Positions 20,581-29,103 of a stretch of 64,000 bases of DNA are shown piece after piece. The stretch is from assembly GCA_963716725.1 (NCBI GenBank), contig CAVQUB010000005.1, forward strand, positions 544,001-608,000. Reading direction: 5' to 3'. The notes under the pieces were generated by a model. That model did not search any database. It was not told the origin of the DNA and was given only the letters and a program-made list of their open reading frames with translations. Origin of the DNA: an uncultured delta proteobacterium. Its GTDB lineage: Bacteria; Myxococcota_A; Polyangia; Polyangiales; Polyangiaceae. Position 1 is the stretch's first letter. Every line of letters begins with the position of its first letter. The position numbers and the translations under genes are program-made.

Positions 20581-22029
20581 TCAGCCCGCGAGCGCGGCCA
20601 GCACCCGCTGGTGGATCCCACCGAAGGCCCCGTTCGATAGCAGGGCAACCACGTCACCCGCTTCGACCCGCTGTGCGAGCGCCGTGATGATGGTGTCGAT
20701 GTTTGCGTGGGCCTCCGCGCGCGGTCCGCGCCGCGAGAGCTCTTCACAAAGCCGCGTGGTGTCGAGGCGTTCTTCGGGCGCGAGGTTGTCGCGGCCGAGC
20801 GGCGCGAAGTGAACCTCGTGGGCCAAGTCGAAGCTCTTCACGTATTCGGCTTGGTGAAGGTTGCGACAGGCCGTCGCGCTGCGGGGCTCGAAGACCACGA
20901 ACAGCCGGCCCGCCGGGTGTTTCTGTCGGAAGGCAGCCAGGGTCTCGCGCACCGCGGTCGGGTGGTGCGCGAAGTCGTCGTACACAAACACGCCGCGGGG
21001 CTCGCCGAGCAGATCCTGCCGCCGGCGCACGCCCTCGAAGCGAGAGAGCGCGTGGGCGAGCTCGCCGAGCTTCGCGCCGTAGCCCTGGGCGCAGGCGGCC
21101 AACGCTCCCAGAGCGTTCTCGAGGTTGTGACGGCCCGGCACCCGAAGCGCGAAGCGACCCGCCGCCACGCCGCCGGCGAAGAGATCGAAGGTCGTGCCCT
21201 CGGGCTTCTGTTCGGCCGGCGCCGCGAGCCAGTGCGGGGGCATGCCGTGGGTGTCTGCGCCTTCGAGCGCGTACCAGGCGACGGGCGCGCGGGCGTTCGC
21301 GTTGACCACCTCGACCACCAGGGGATCCGAGGCCGCCGCCACGATCAGCCCGGACTCGGGGATGCCCGCGACGAACCTGCGGAACGCATCCAGATACGAG
21401 TCGAGGGTCGGGTAGATGTCGATGTGATCGTGCTCGATGCTGGTGATGATCGCGACCTCCGCCGAGTAGTGGAGGAATTTGGCGGTCTTCTCGAAGAACG
21501 CGGTGTCGTACTCGTCGCCTTCGATCACGAAGGGCGCCCGGCGCAGCGCGCCCTGGGCCGGCAGCGTCGTGCGCGATGGCGGCGCGCGGAAGCTCTGGCT
21601 GAAGTTCTTCGGCAACCCGCCGATCAAGAAGCCCGGCTCACGCCCGACGGCGTCGAGCAGCCAGGCGGCCATGGCGCTGGTGGTGGTCTTGCCATGCGTG
21701 CCCGCGACGACCAGCGGCGAGGTCTTCGAGAGCACGAACTCTTGCAGCGCGCCCGCGATGTGCGTGTAGCGCAGGCCGCCTTCCATCGCCGCCATGGCCT
21801 CGGGGTTGTTCCGGCGGCACACGTTGCCGATCACCACCAGATCGGGCTCGGGATCGAGGTGCTTCGGATCGAAGCCGGTCAGCTTGCGCACGCCCCAGGC
21901 GTCCAAGGCCGGGCCCATCGGCGGATCGAAGGCCACGTCGCTGCCCGAGACGTCGTGCCCCAGCGCTTTGAGCAAACCGGCCAACGCCCCCATGCCCGTA
22001 CCGGCGACCGCGACCACGTGAATGTGCAT
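20581..22029 (-). CDS. mpl: Murein peptide ligase (UDP-MurNAc:L-Ala-gamma-D-Glu-mDAP ligase)
   Basis: GTGMGALA, VAGTHGKTTT, EGDEYDTAFF.K..KF.HY, DDFAHHPTA, FEPRS, SNGAFGGIH. Confidence 0.9.
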   Translation of the reverse strand: MHIHVVAVAGTGMGALAGLLKALGHDVSGSDVAFDPPMGPALDAWGVRKLTGFDPKHLDPEPDLVVIGNVCRRNNPEAMAAMEGGLRYTHIAGALQEFVLSKTSPLVVAGTHGKTTTSAMAAWLLDAVGREPGFLIGGLPKNFSQSFRAPPSRTTLPAQGALRRAPFVIEGDEYDTAFFEKTAKFLHYSAEVAIITSIEHDHIDIYPTLDSYLDAFRRFVAGIPESGLIVAAASDPLVVEVVNANARAPVAWYALEGADTHGMPPHWLAAPAEQKPEGTTFDLFAGGVAAGRFALRVPGRHNLENALGALAACAQGYGAKLGELAHALSRFEGVRRRQDLLGEPRGVFVYDDFAHHPTAVRETLAAFRQKHPAGRLFVVFEPRSATACRNLHQAEYVKSFDLAHEVHFAPLGRDNLAPEERLDTTRLCEELSRRGPRAEAHANIDTIITALAQRVEAGDVVALLSNGAFGGIHQRVLAALAG

Positions 22030-22190
22030 GCCTTCTCTCGCTCCCTGGTGCTCGGGACTTTGCCCTGCTAAACGCTTCGGCTTCTCATGAAGATCATCGA
22101 GAAGCTGGCCGCCAAGAAGCCCTCGTTCTCGTTCGAGTTCTTCCCCCCGAAGGACGAAGAAGGCAAGCAGCGTCTGTTCGAGACGGTGGC
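21900..22190 (+). repeat. 291-bp direct repeat, copy 1 (mpl 5' end, divergent intergenic region, metF 5' end)
   Basis: Matches 26034-26332 except one substitution and an 8-bp duplication (cccatcgg) in copy 2. Confidence 0.95.
22087..22190 (+). pseudogene. Truncated 5' duplicate of metF
   Basis: MKIIEKLAAKKPSFSFEFFPPKDEEGKQRLFETVA identical to metF at 26229, then unrelated sequence. Confidence 0.9.
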
Positions 22191-22361
22191 TGATTTGGGC
22201 CGGAGCGTGTCCGCTCCGACAGGCAAGCGCATGGTCGACCGGGCGAAATCGAGAGATGGTCGCGGCCGGGCGTCAGGGGCGACGTCGGCGCGCCTTCCGT
22301 CGCCAGCGCGAGCGCTGATGGCTCATCGCCGCCAGTGCTCGCGCGTGCGCCCGGCAATTGC

Positions 22362-23313
22362 TCAGTGGTAGGTCCACCCGTTCGGACTGGAGTGGTAGAA
22401 GTCCCCCGAGTAGACGGTGGTGGTGCTCGCCATGGAAACCGGAGTCACTCTTAGCTGTAGCCGGCGCCCCCAAATCTCGGAATCTCGCAACTGAACACGC
22501 TTGGTCATGCTCGAGCTGTAGTCGCCGCGGATCACCGCGCCCGTGTCTGCATTGATCACCTCGATGGTGATTCTCGGTACAGCGACGAAGTCGGCGTCCT
22601 CGAAGTACAGCACCCAGTTGTACTGACGAACCGAGCTTGGCATGGGATTGCACCCGTTGATGCAGCCCCATGCCGTCACGCCCGGCGGACACGCCCAATA
22701 CGTCGGCGGACTCGGCCAGGCTCGCTGCCGCGACGGACGATAGCCGGAGAGTTACCAGGTTCGCGAGCCAGCTCCTGCCGACCTCGGATCCTCCACGGGC
22801 TCGTGCTCGAGCGACGAGTGCGTCTTGGATTGGGGCAAGCGAGCGCGCCCGACCAGCGATGGCAGCCTCTCGTGCCGAAGCCCCCGGTGGCAGGGGGCGG
22901 AGCGGTGGAATTCCGTTTTCCGAGAGTTCGAAGGTCACGGATATCTCCTGGGAGGGGTCAAGTCCCCTCAATGTCGCAATCGCGTCGGCGACCGGGGAAA
23001 GCCTGCTCGGCGAGTCGCTTCTCGGCCCGGTTTCCGCCAGCTCTCGGAGCCGCTCTAGGTCGCCATCGGACGTGCGGGTGAACGCCCAGCGCGGAGTGTG
23101 CCCGAAGACCTGCCCGCGTCCGTCGTTGTCGTCCGTCACGAAGAAAGACGTCGCATCCTGCTCCACGTCTGCTTTTTCGCCCGCGAGCAACCCAGCGCTC
23201 GTCTCGCTGTTGCCCCCCTCGTCGTCCATCGAGCAGGCCAGAAACACGAATGCCACTCCAAAGCATCCATGCCGTATGTTCGACTTGAACCAATTGCGCG
23301 TTGTATTTCGCAT
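22362..23313 (-). pseudogene. Broken secreted lipoprotein gene; subtilase pro-domain-like N-part joined out of frame to a beta-rich C-terminal part
   Basis: Lipobox FLAC; QDALVAR...SWLANLVTLRL...LAESADVLGVS; frame switch near 22680 into ORF 22362-22679. Confidence 0.45.
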
Positions 23314-23507
23314 CGCGAACTCCTGTTTCTTCACGACCGGCGCGGTCGCGAGTCCCGCGATGATGGTCGGGACGCCTCGAGCGTCAGCGTTAAGAAGGCG
23401 TTTGATTGCCCCCTCATGTTTGCCTGTTGGGCTTGGACCGAGCGCCGCAGCAGGGCGCCCCGTGCGTCGCCCACGGGCGCCCGTGATGGAGCGAAACCGA
23501 CCTTCGC

Positions 23508-25202
23508 TTGAGTTTCGCGACCGGACGTGCGACTGACGGGCGGATTGCGGAACGCCCGCCGCGCTGGGGAAGCATCGGCTGCCAGGAGGCTGGCGCGAAT
23601 TCGGTTTGGCCGAATCGTTGCGCTGTTCTCGGTGGGAACGGTCGTCCGACGCTCACATGGGTGGTGGCGTTGACGAGCGTCAGCATCGCGAAGCGAGCTG
23701 CCTTCCCCTTCGACCTGCTCTACTGGCCTGACGATTACTTCATGACGGTGTTGATGAAGATCGACGCTGGTCGGTCGCCGTATTCGCCCCCGGCAGAGGC
23801 CAATTCCTGGATCTACGCGCCGGGTGGCCCCTATCTCCACTGGTTGCTGCTGGCGCCGTTGGGCCTCGTGCGGAGCTTCGCGGCGAACAAGGCCCTCGCG
23901 TTGACGTGGCTGGTTGGCGCCGTTGGCCTCGGCACCTGGGCCGGCTGGCAACTTGCATCTGCGCTGGCGTGGCTTCCCGTCGGAAGGGTCTCACGCGCTC
24001 TGTTCGCCGTGGTCCTGGCGTTGATGTTGGCGCTGGCCGCGTGTACCAATCCGGTCGCCGACTCGCTCCACCCGACGAATCTCGAGCTCATGTTCATCAC
24101 GGGCGCCGTCGGCCTCGCAGCGCGATGGCCTTCCCTCACCGAAAAACAGCGCGTGGTCATCGCGTTGGTGTTGCCCGCGCTGGCCGTCGCCGCGAAGCAG
24201 ACGGCCGGGCTCGTGACGGCCGGCACCTTCACCGCGCTCGCGCTCCTGACAGGCGGCTCGTGGCGATCCCGAGTCGCCGGAGCATTGCTCCCTGCGGCGG
24301 GCGTGGGTGCGATGCTCGCGCTACTCACGCTCACGAGCAGAGGCTGGTTTTGGGTGTGGTGCTACACCATGCCGCGGGGCGCCCCCTGGGAGATGTGGAA
24401 GACGCGCGACCTCACGCACGGCATGGGGCTGTGGCTGTACCCCTCACTGGCTGTGATTGCCGCCAAGTCGCTTCATGCGCTGGCTCAGCGTCCACGCGAG
24501 TGGGCCTGGTTTCGCGGGCTCTTGCCGATCGCTGCGTACACCCCGCTCGCGCTGATTGCTCTGCTCAAGGCTCTCGGCGGCCCCAACAACCTGACAGTCC
24601 TGTCGTTTCTCTACGCTGTGCCAACGGGGACCGTCCTCGCGCGCCACATGACGACAGGGGCGACCTTGCGGCGCGTGCTCGCGTGCAACCTTGCGGCGCT
24701 ATTGGCCTTCGCGATTTGGCTGCCGCAAAAGCGAGTCCCCGCCGCCAGGGACTATGAGCATGGTGAGACGGTGTGTCGGTATTTCGAAGCCAGAACACGC
24801 TGTGGCGAGCGAGTCCTCCTGCCCCGCGGGGCGGCCTGTTTCGCTCGCACCGCCATCGCATTTCCCCGCGATCGAGCCATGCCAGCGATGGATGCGGCCG
24901 TGGCGGGGCACGGGCTTCAGATGACGGAACGCTTGCTTCGACGGGAGTACGACATCGTGATCTTGGAAGAGACCGATTTGCGCTCGGCTTGGCTCCGCGG
25001 CGCGCTCGCCCCGCTCCGGACTCACTACGCGGAGTTCGGACAAATTGAAGGCGGCCAGGCTGGCGACCTCTGGCTCGAGGGCTGGGGCGACCTCATGGCT
25101 GGTCCCGTCTCGCTCTTCGAGAGGAACACCGAGGCGGGACGGCACCGGGTGGACCAGAGCGCCTTCGAATGCCCCACTCAGCCCCCGCCGACCAGGCGTT
25201 AA
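23508..25202 (+). CDS. Polytopic membrane protein, GT-C-like (start uncertain)
   Basis: YWPDDY loop after first TM, YAPG, AAKQTAG, many TM helices, soluble C-terminal domain. Confidence 0.6.
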   Translation: MSFATGRATDGRIAERPPRWGSIGCQEAGANSVWPNRCAVLGGNGRPTLTWVVALTSVSIAKRAAFPFDLLYWPDDYFMTVLMKIDAGRSPYSPPAEANSWIYAPGGPYLHWLLLAPLGLVRSFAANKALALTWLVGAVGLGTWAGWQLASALAWLPVGRVSRALFAVVLALMLALAACTNPVADSLHPTNLELMFITGAVGLAARWPSLTEKQRVVIALVLPALAVAAKQTAGLVTAGTFTALALLTGGSWRSRVAGALLPAAGVGAMLALLTLTSRGWFWVWCYTMPRGAPWEMWKTRDLTHGMGLWLYPSLAVIAAKSLHALAQRPREWAWFRGLLPIAAYTPLALIALLKALGGPNNLTVLSFLYAVPTGTVLARHMTTGATLRRVLACNLAALLAFAIWLPQKRVPAARDYEHGETVCRYFEARTRCGERVLLPRGAACFARTAIAFPRDRAMPAMDAAVAGHGLQMTERLLRREYDIVILEETDLRSAWLRGALAPLRTHYAEFGQIEGGQAGDLWLEGWGDLMAGPVSLFERNTEAGRHRVDQSAFECPTQPPPTRR

Positions 25203-25267
25203 GACGGCGTTAGGCCGAGGCTCGCCCTGGTCGCTGCGAGCCCACCCGGCTACGATCCCGCGGTCAC

Positions 25268-26032
25268 ATGGGGAGACCGGCTTCGGGCGAATTTCACTCC
25301 CGGCTTCCGGTGCTGATCGCGGAGGGAGTCGGCGAGTACCGTCCGCTCTTGGACGAAGTCGTGGCGTGCACTCGTCCGGCATTCGGTCCGGACCGCCTGA
25401 TAGTCGAGTGCGACGACGCCGTGGCCCCCGGTGACGCACCGAGCGGTGACGGCGTGATCCTGCTCGATGCGAAGTGCGGGCGCTGGGCCGTTGAACGGGC
25501 TGCCGCGCTGGCGTCGCTCCGATTTCACGGCGTGGTGGTCGTCGTCGGGCTCCCGCGGGCGGAACCCATGGCGATCGACGGCTGGCGCGCCGGCGCCCAC
25601 CTGTGGGAGACGGTCCCGCTGAGCCACGCTCGGTTTGCTGCGAACATCCGCGCGCTCGCAAGGCGCTTGGTCTTCGATGACCCCGACGACGAAGTCCCCG
25701 TCGGTGTCCACGCGGCATCGTGCTCGCTCCTCGTCGAAGAAAGAAGAGTTCGGTTGACGCCGCGCGAGTTCGCGATCGCGCACTTCCTGCTCGAACGCGG
25801 TGGCCACTGGACGAGTCAGCGGCAAATCGTCGCGGGTGCGTTCGGGACGCACCACGCGAACGACACGTCGGTGGTGCGTGTGCACGTCTTCTCGATCCGA
25901 GCGAAGCTCGGCAACGAGTTTGCGTGGATCGTAGAAAGCAGGGAAAACTTTGGCTATCGGATTGTGCTGAGGCGCGACTGCACGCCGGCGCGATTGCGGC
26001 TGCCGCATGCTAGGTATGGCCGTCGGCACTGA
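25268..26032 (+). CDS. OmpR/PhoB-type winged-helix regulator with degenerate receiver
   Basis: VRLTPREFAIAHFL...VVRVHVFSIRAKLG...VES...FGYR. Confidence 0.75.
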   Translation: MGRPASGEFHSRLPVLIAEGVGEYRPLLDEVVACTRPAFGPDRLIVECDDAVAPGDAPSGDGVILLDAKCGRWAVERAAALASLRFHGVVVVVGLPRAEPMAIDGWRAGAHLWETVPLSHARFAANIRALARRLVFDDPDDEVPVGVHAASCSLLVEERRVRLTPREFAIAHFLLERGGHWTSQRQIVAGAFGTHHANDTSVVRVHVFSIRAKLGNEFAWIVESRENFGYRIVLRRDCTPARLRLPHARYGRRH

Positions 26033-26033
26033 C

Positions 26034-26332
26034 CGTCCAAGGCCGGGCCCATCGGCCCATCGGCGGATCGAAGGCCACGTCGCTGCCCGAGACGTCGTGC
26101 CCCAGCGCTTTGAGCAAACCGGCCAGCGCCCCCATGCCCGTACCGGCGACCGCGACCACGTGAATGTGCATGCCTTCTCTCGCTCCCTGGTGCTCGGGAC
26201 TTTGCCCTGCTAAACGCTTCGGCTTCTCATGAAGATCATCGAGAAGCTGGCCGCCAAGAAGCCCTCGTTCTCGTTCGAGTTCTTCCCCCCGAAGGACGAA
26301 GAAGGCAAGCAGCGTCTGTTCGAGACGGTGGC
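26034..26332 (+). repeat. Direct repeat copy 2, containing a truncated mpl 5' end (minus strand, ATG 26171) and the true metF start
   Basis: Matches 21900-22190. Confidence 0.95.
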
Positions 26333-27089
26333 GCAGCTGTCGCCCTACGCGCCGACCTTCGTCTCCGTGACCTATGGCGCGGGTGGCAGCACGCGGCGGC
26401 TGACGGTGGAGCTCACCCTGCGCATCGAGCGCGAGACCGGCATCGAGTGCATGGCTCACCTGACCTGCGTGGGCGCCACCCAGGCCGATCTGCACGGCGT
26501 GCTCGGGCAGCTCCGGGACGGCGGCGTGCAGAACGTGCTGGCTCTGCGCGGCGATCCGCCCCAAGGCGAGACCGGCTTCGTGGTCACCGACGGTGGCTTC
26601 TCCCACGCCTCCGAGCTGATCGAGTTCATCCGGAGCCAGTACGATTTCTGCCTCGCCGGGGCGTGTTACCCCGAGAAGCACCCCGAGGCCTCGAGTGCCG
26701 AGGCCGACCTCGCGAACCTGAAGAAGAAAGTCGATGCCGGCGCCGAGTTCTTGGTGAGCCAGCTCTTCTTCGACGCCAAGGACTACTTCGACTTCGTCGG
26801 GCGGGCCCGCGCCATCGGCATCCAGGTGCCCATCTTTGCGGGCATCATGCCCGTCACCAACGTCAATCAGGTCAAGCGCTTCACGGCCATGTGCGGCGCG
26901 CACATGCCCGGCGATCTGATGGCTCGCCTCGAAGCGGTCCACGGCGACGCACGGGAAGTCCGCCGCGTGGGGGTCGACCACGCCATCGGTCAGTGCCGCG
27001 CGCTGCTCGACGGCGGCGCCCCCGGGATCCATTTCTATACGCTGAACCGATCGACGGCGACGGTGGAGATCCTGGAAGCCCTGCGCTGA
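26229..27089 (+). CDS. metF: 5,10-methylenetetrahydrofolate reductase
   Basis: SFEFFPPK, VSVTYGAGGS, AHLTC, LALRGDPP, YPEKHP, SQLFFD, HFYTLNR. Confidence 0.97.
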   Translation: MKIIEKLAAKKPSFSFEFFPPKDEEGKQRLFETVAQLSPYAPTFVSVTYGAGGSTRRLTVELTLRIERETGIECMAHLTCVGATQADLHGVLGQLRDGGVQNVLALRGDPPQGETGFVVTDGGFSHASELIEFIRSQYDFCLAGACYPEKHPEASSAEADLANLKKKVDAGAEFLVSQLFFDAKDYFDFVGRARAIGIQVPIFAGIMPVTNVNQVKRFTAMCGAHMPGDLMARLEAVHGDAREVRRVGVDHAIGQCRALLDGGAPGIHFYTLNRSTATVEILEALR

Positions 27090-27290
27090 AGTTGGCGGGA
27101 CGCTGCGAGCCCGCCCAGCCCGCCCAGCCCGCCCAATTCGCCGGTGCCGACAGGCGGCCAGGAGCCTCGCGATCACGGCGCTGGTGATCGCTGGAGAAGT
27201 GTCGCCTGGAGCCGACAGCGCAGCTGCTTTCGTCGGCTCTTGCCTACAGGCGTGGACGAGGAGAGGCGCGAGAACCTCGCGAACCTGCTG

Positions 27291-27306
27291 CGGCACGCCT
27301 GTTGCT
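27291..27306 (+). promoter_or_regulatory. sigma-54 -24/-12 promoter for the TraB-like/adhesin operon
   Basis: CGGCACGCCTGTTGCT (GG-N10-GC), ~50 bp upstream of ATG 27357. Confidence 0.7.
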
Positions 27307-27356
27307 GAGCCTGCTCGAAGCGGGCGAGGTGGGCCCCACGACCACGGTACATCCCC

Positions 27357-29090
27357 ATGCGACGAACTCTCCTCACTGCTCTGTCTTCGCTTTGCTTCCT
27401 TTCCGCCGCCACGGCGTCGGCGCAGTCGAGCGGTTTCTCCCTCGATCGCTACGAACCTTCGGAGCGTGGCAGCGACTGGTTCGCAAACGAATCGCTGGAT
27501 CTGCGCGGACACCTGCGCCCGGCCTTCGGTGTCGTGGGCGACTACGCGTACAAGCCACTGGTCCTCTACGATGCCAGCGGCGACGAGCAAGCGGCCATCG
27601 TCGAGCATCAGCTGTTCGTGCACATCGGCGGCGCCCTCGTGCTCTTCGACCGCCTGCGCCTCGGGGCCAACTTGCCGCTACTCGCCTTCAGCAAGGGCGA
27701 GTCGCTGAAGGTCGCGAATTCGTCGTTCGAGACCAAGGACGGCACCACTATCGGTGACCCGCGCCTGAGCGCCGATCTGCGCCTGCTCGGCGACTATCGA
27801 GGCCCCTTCTCGCTGGCGCTCGGCATTCAGGGGTTCATTCCGGTGGGCAGCCAAGACTCCTTCGCGGGCGACGGCAAGCTGCGCCTGCGGCCGCGTCTGA
27901 TGGCGGCGGGTGACATTGGTGCCCTGGCCTACGCCGGACAGCTCGCTTTCAACTACCGCGCACGTGGCGAGGACATCGGTGGTGACCCCTTCGGCAGCGA
28001 GGTCACGTTCAGCGCCGCCGTCGGCGTTCGCGCGCTGGACGACAAACTGATCGTCGGCCCCGAGGTGTTTGGCTCCACGGTGGTCAGCGACTCCGGCGAC
28101 GGCGCGTTGAAGAAGCGCACGACGCCGCTCGAGGTCATCCTCGGCGCCAAGTACCGCGTGACGCCCGAGTGGCGCGTCGGTGCCGGTGTCGGTCCGGGCC
28201 TGACCCGCGGCGTGGGAGCTCCCGCTGTGCGCGGTCTGCTCAGCATCGAGTGGTTTCCCGAGGCCCAGAAGCTCGCGGCCAAGCCCGGCGACCGCGACGG
28301 TGACGGCGTGCTCGACCGCGATGACGCTTGCCCCGATCAGGCGGGCATCCGTACCGACGATCCTCGCACCAACGGCTGTCCGGCGCCGCCCTCGGACCGC
28401 GATGCGGACGGCATCTTGGACGAGCAGGACGCCTGCCCCGACCTGCCCGGCGTGGCCAGCGCCGAACCCGCCAAGAACGGTTGTCCGGCGCCGAAGGACA
28501 GCGACGGCGACGGCATCATCGACGAGCAAGACGCTTGTCCGACGGTACCGGGAGTGGCGAACGCCGATGCTGCGAAGCACGGCTGCCCGCCGCCCAAGGA
28601 CACGGACGGCGACGGCATCCTCGATCCCGAGGACGCCTGCCCGACCGAGGCCGGACCGGCCGACCCGAACCCTGCGAAGCACGGCTGCCCCAAGGCGCAG
28701 ATCTCCGGCGGCCAGATCAAGATCATCGAGCAGGTGCAGTTTGCCACGGCGAGCGCCAGGATCCTGCCCGCCAGCGACTCGGTGCTCCAGGCGGTCCTGA
28801 AGATCATGCAGGACCACCCGGAGATCACCCGGATTGGCGTCGAGGGTCACACCGACAACCGCGGCGCCAAGGGCTACAACAAGAACCTGAGCAAGCAGCG
28901 CGCGGCCAGCGTGGCCAAGTGGCTCGTCGATCACGGCATCGACAAGCAGCGGCTCGAATCTGCCGGCTTTGGCCAAGACAAGCCCATCGACAGCAACGAC
29001 ACCGAAGCCGGACGCCAGAACAACCGCCGCGTCGAGTTCCACCTCAAGGAACAGACGAAATCAGGCTCGACCGAGATCAAGAGCAAGTGA
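27357..29090 (+). CDS. TraB-like outer-membrane protein: beta-barrel + thrombospondin type 3 repeats + OmpA peptidoglycan-binding domain
   Basis: Signal peptide; four DxDGDG..D..DACP repeats; EGHTDNRG..YN..LS..RA, GFG, NRRVEF. Confidence 0.88.
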   Translation: MRRTLLTALSSLCFLSAATASAQSSGFSLDRYEPSERGSDWFANESLDLRGHLRPAFGVVGDYAYKPLVLYDASGDEQAAIVEHQLFVHIGGALVLFDRLRLGANLPLLAFSKGESLKVANSSFETKDGTTIGDPRLSADLRLLGDYRGPFSLALGIQGFIPVGSQDSFAGDGKLRLRPRLMAAGDIGALAYAGQLAFNYRARGEDIGGDPFGSEVTFSAAVGVRALDDKLIVGPEVFGSTVVSDSGDGALKKRTTPLEVILGAKYRVTPEWRVGAGVGPGLTRGVGAPAVRGLLSIEWFPEAQKLAAKPGDRDGDGVLDRDDACPDQAGIRTDDPRTNGCPAPPSDRDADGILDEQDACPDLPGVASAEPAKNGCPAPKDSDGDGIIDEQDACPTVPGVANADAAKHGCPPPKDTDGDGILDPEDACPTEAGPADPNPAKHGCPKAQISGGQIKIIEQVQFATASARILPASDSVLQAVLKIMQDHPEITRIGVEGHTDNRGAKGYNKNLSKQRAASVAKWLVDHGIDKQRLESAGFGQDKPIDSNDTEAGRQNNRRVEFHLKEQTKSGSTEIKSK

Positions 29091-29103
29091 CGGAGATTGA
29101 ATC

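Noticed and set aside
27109..27135. Short 9-bp tandem repeat after metF, and a 10-bp x3 repeat near 43372
   Set aside because: Few copies of GC-rich units; no supportable function
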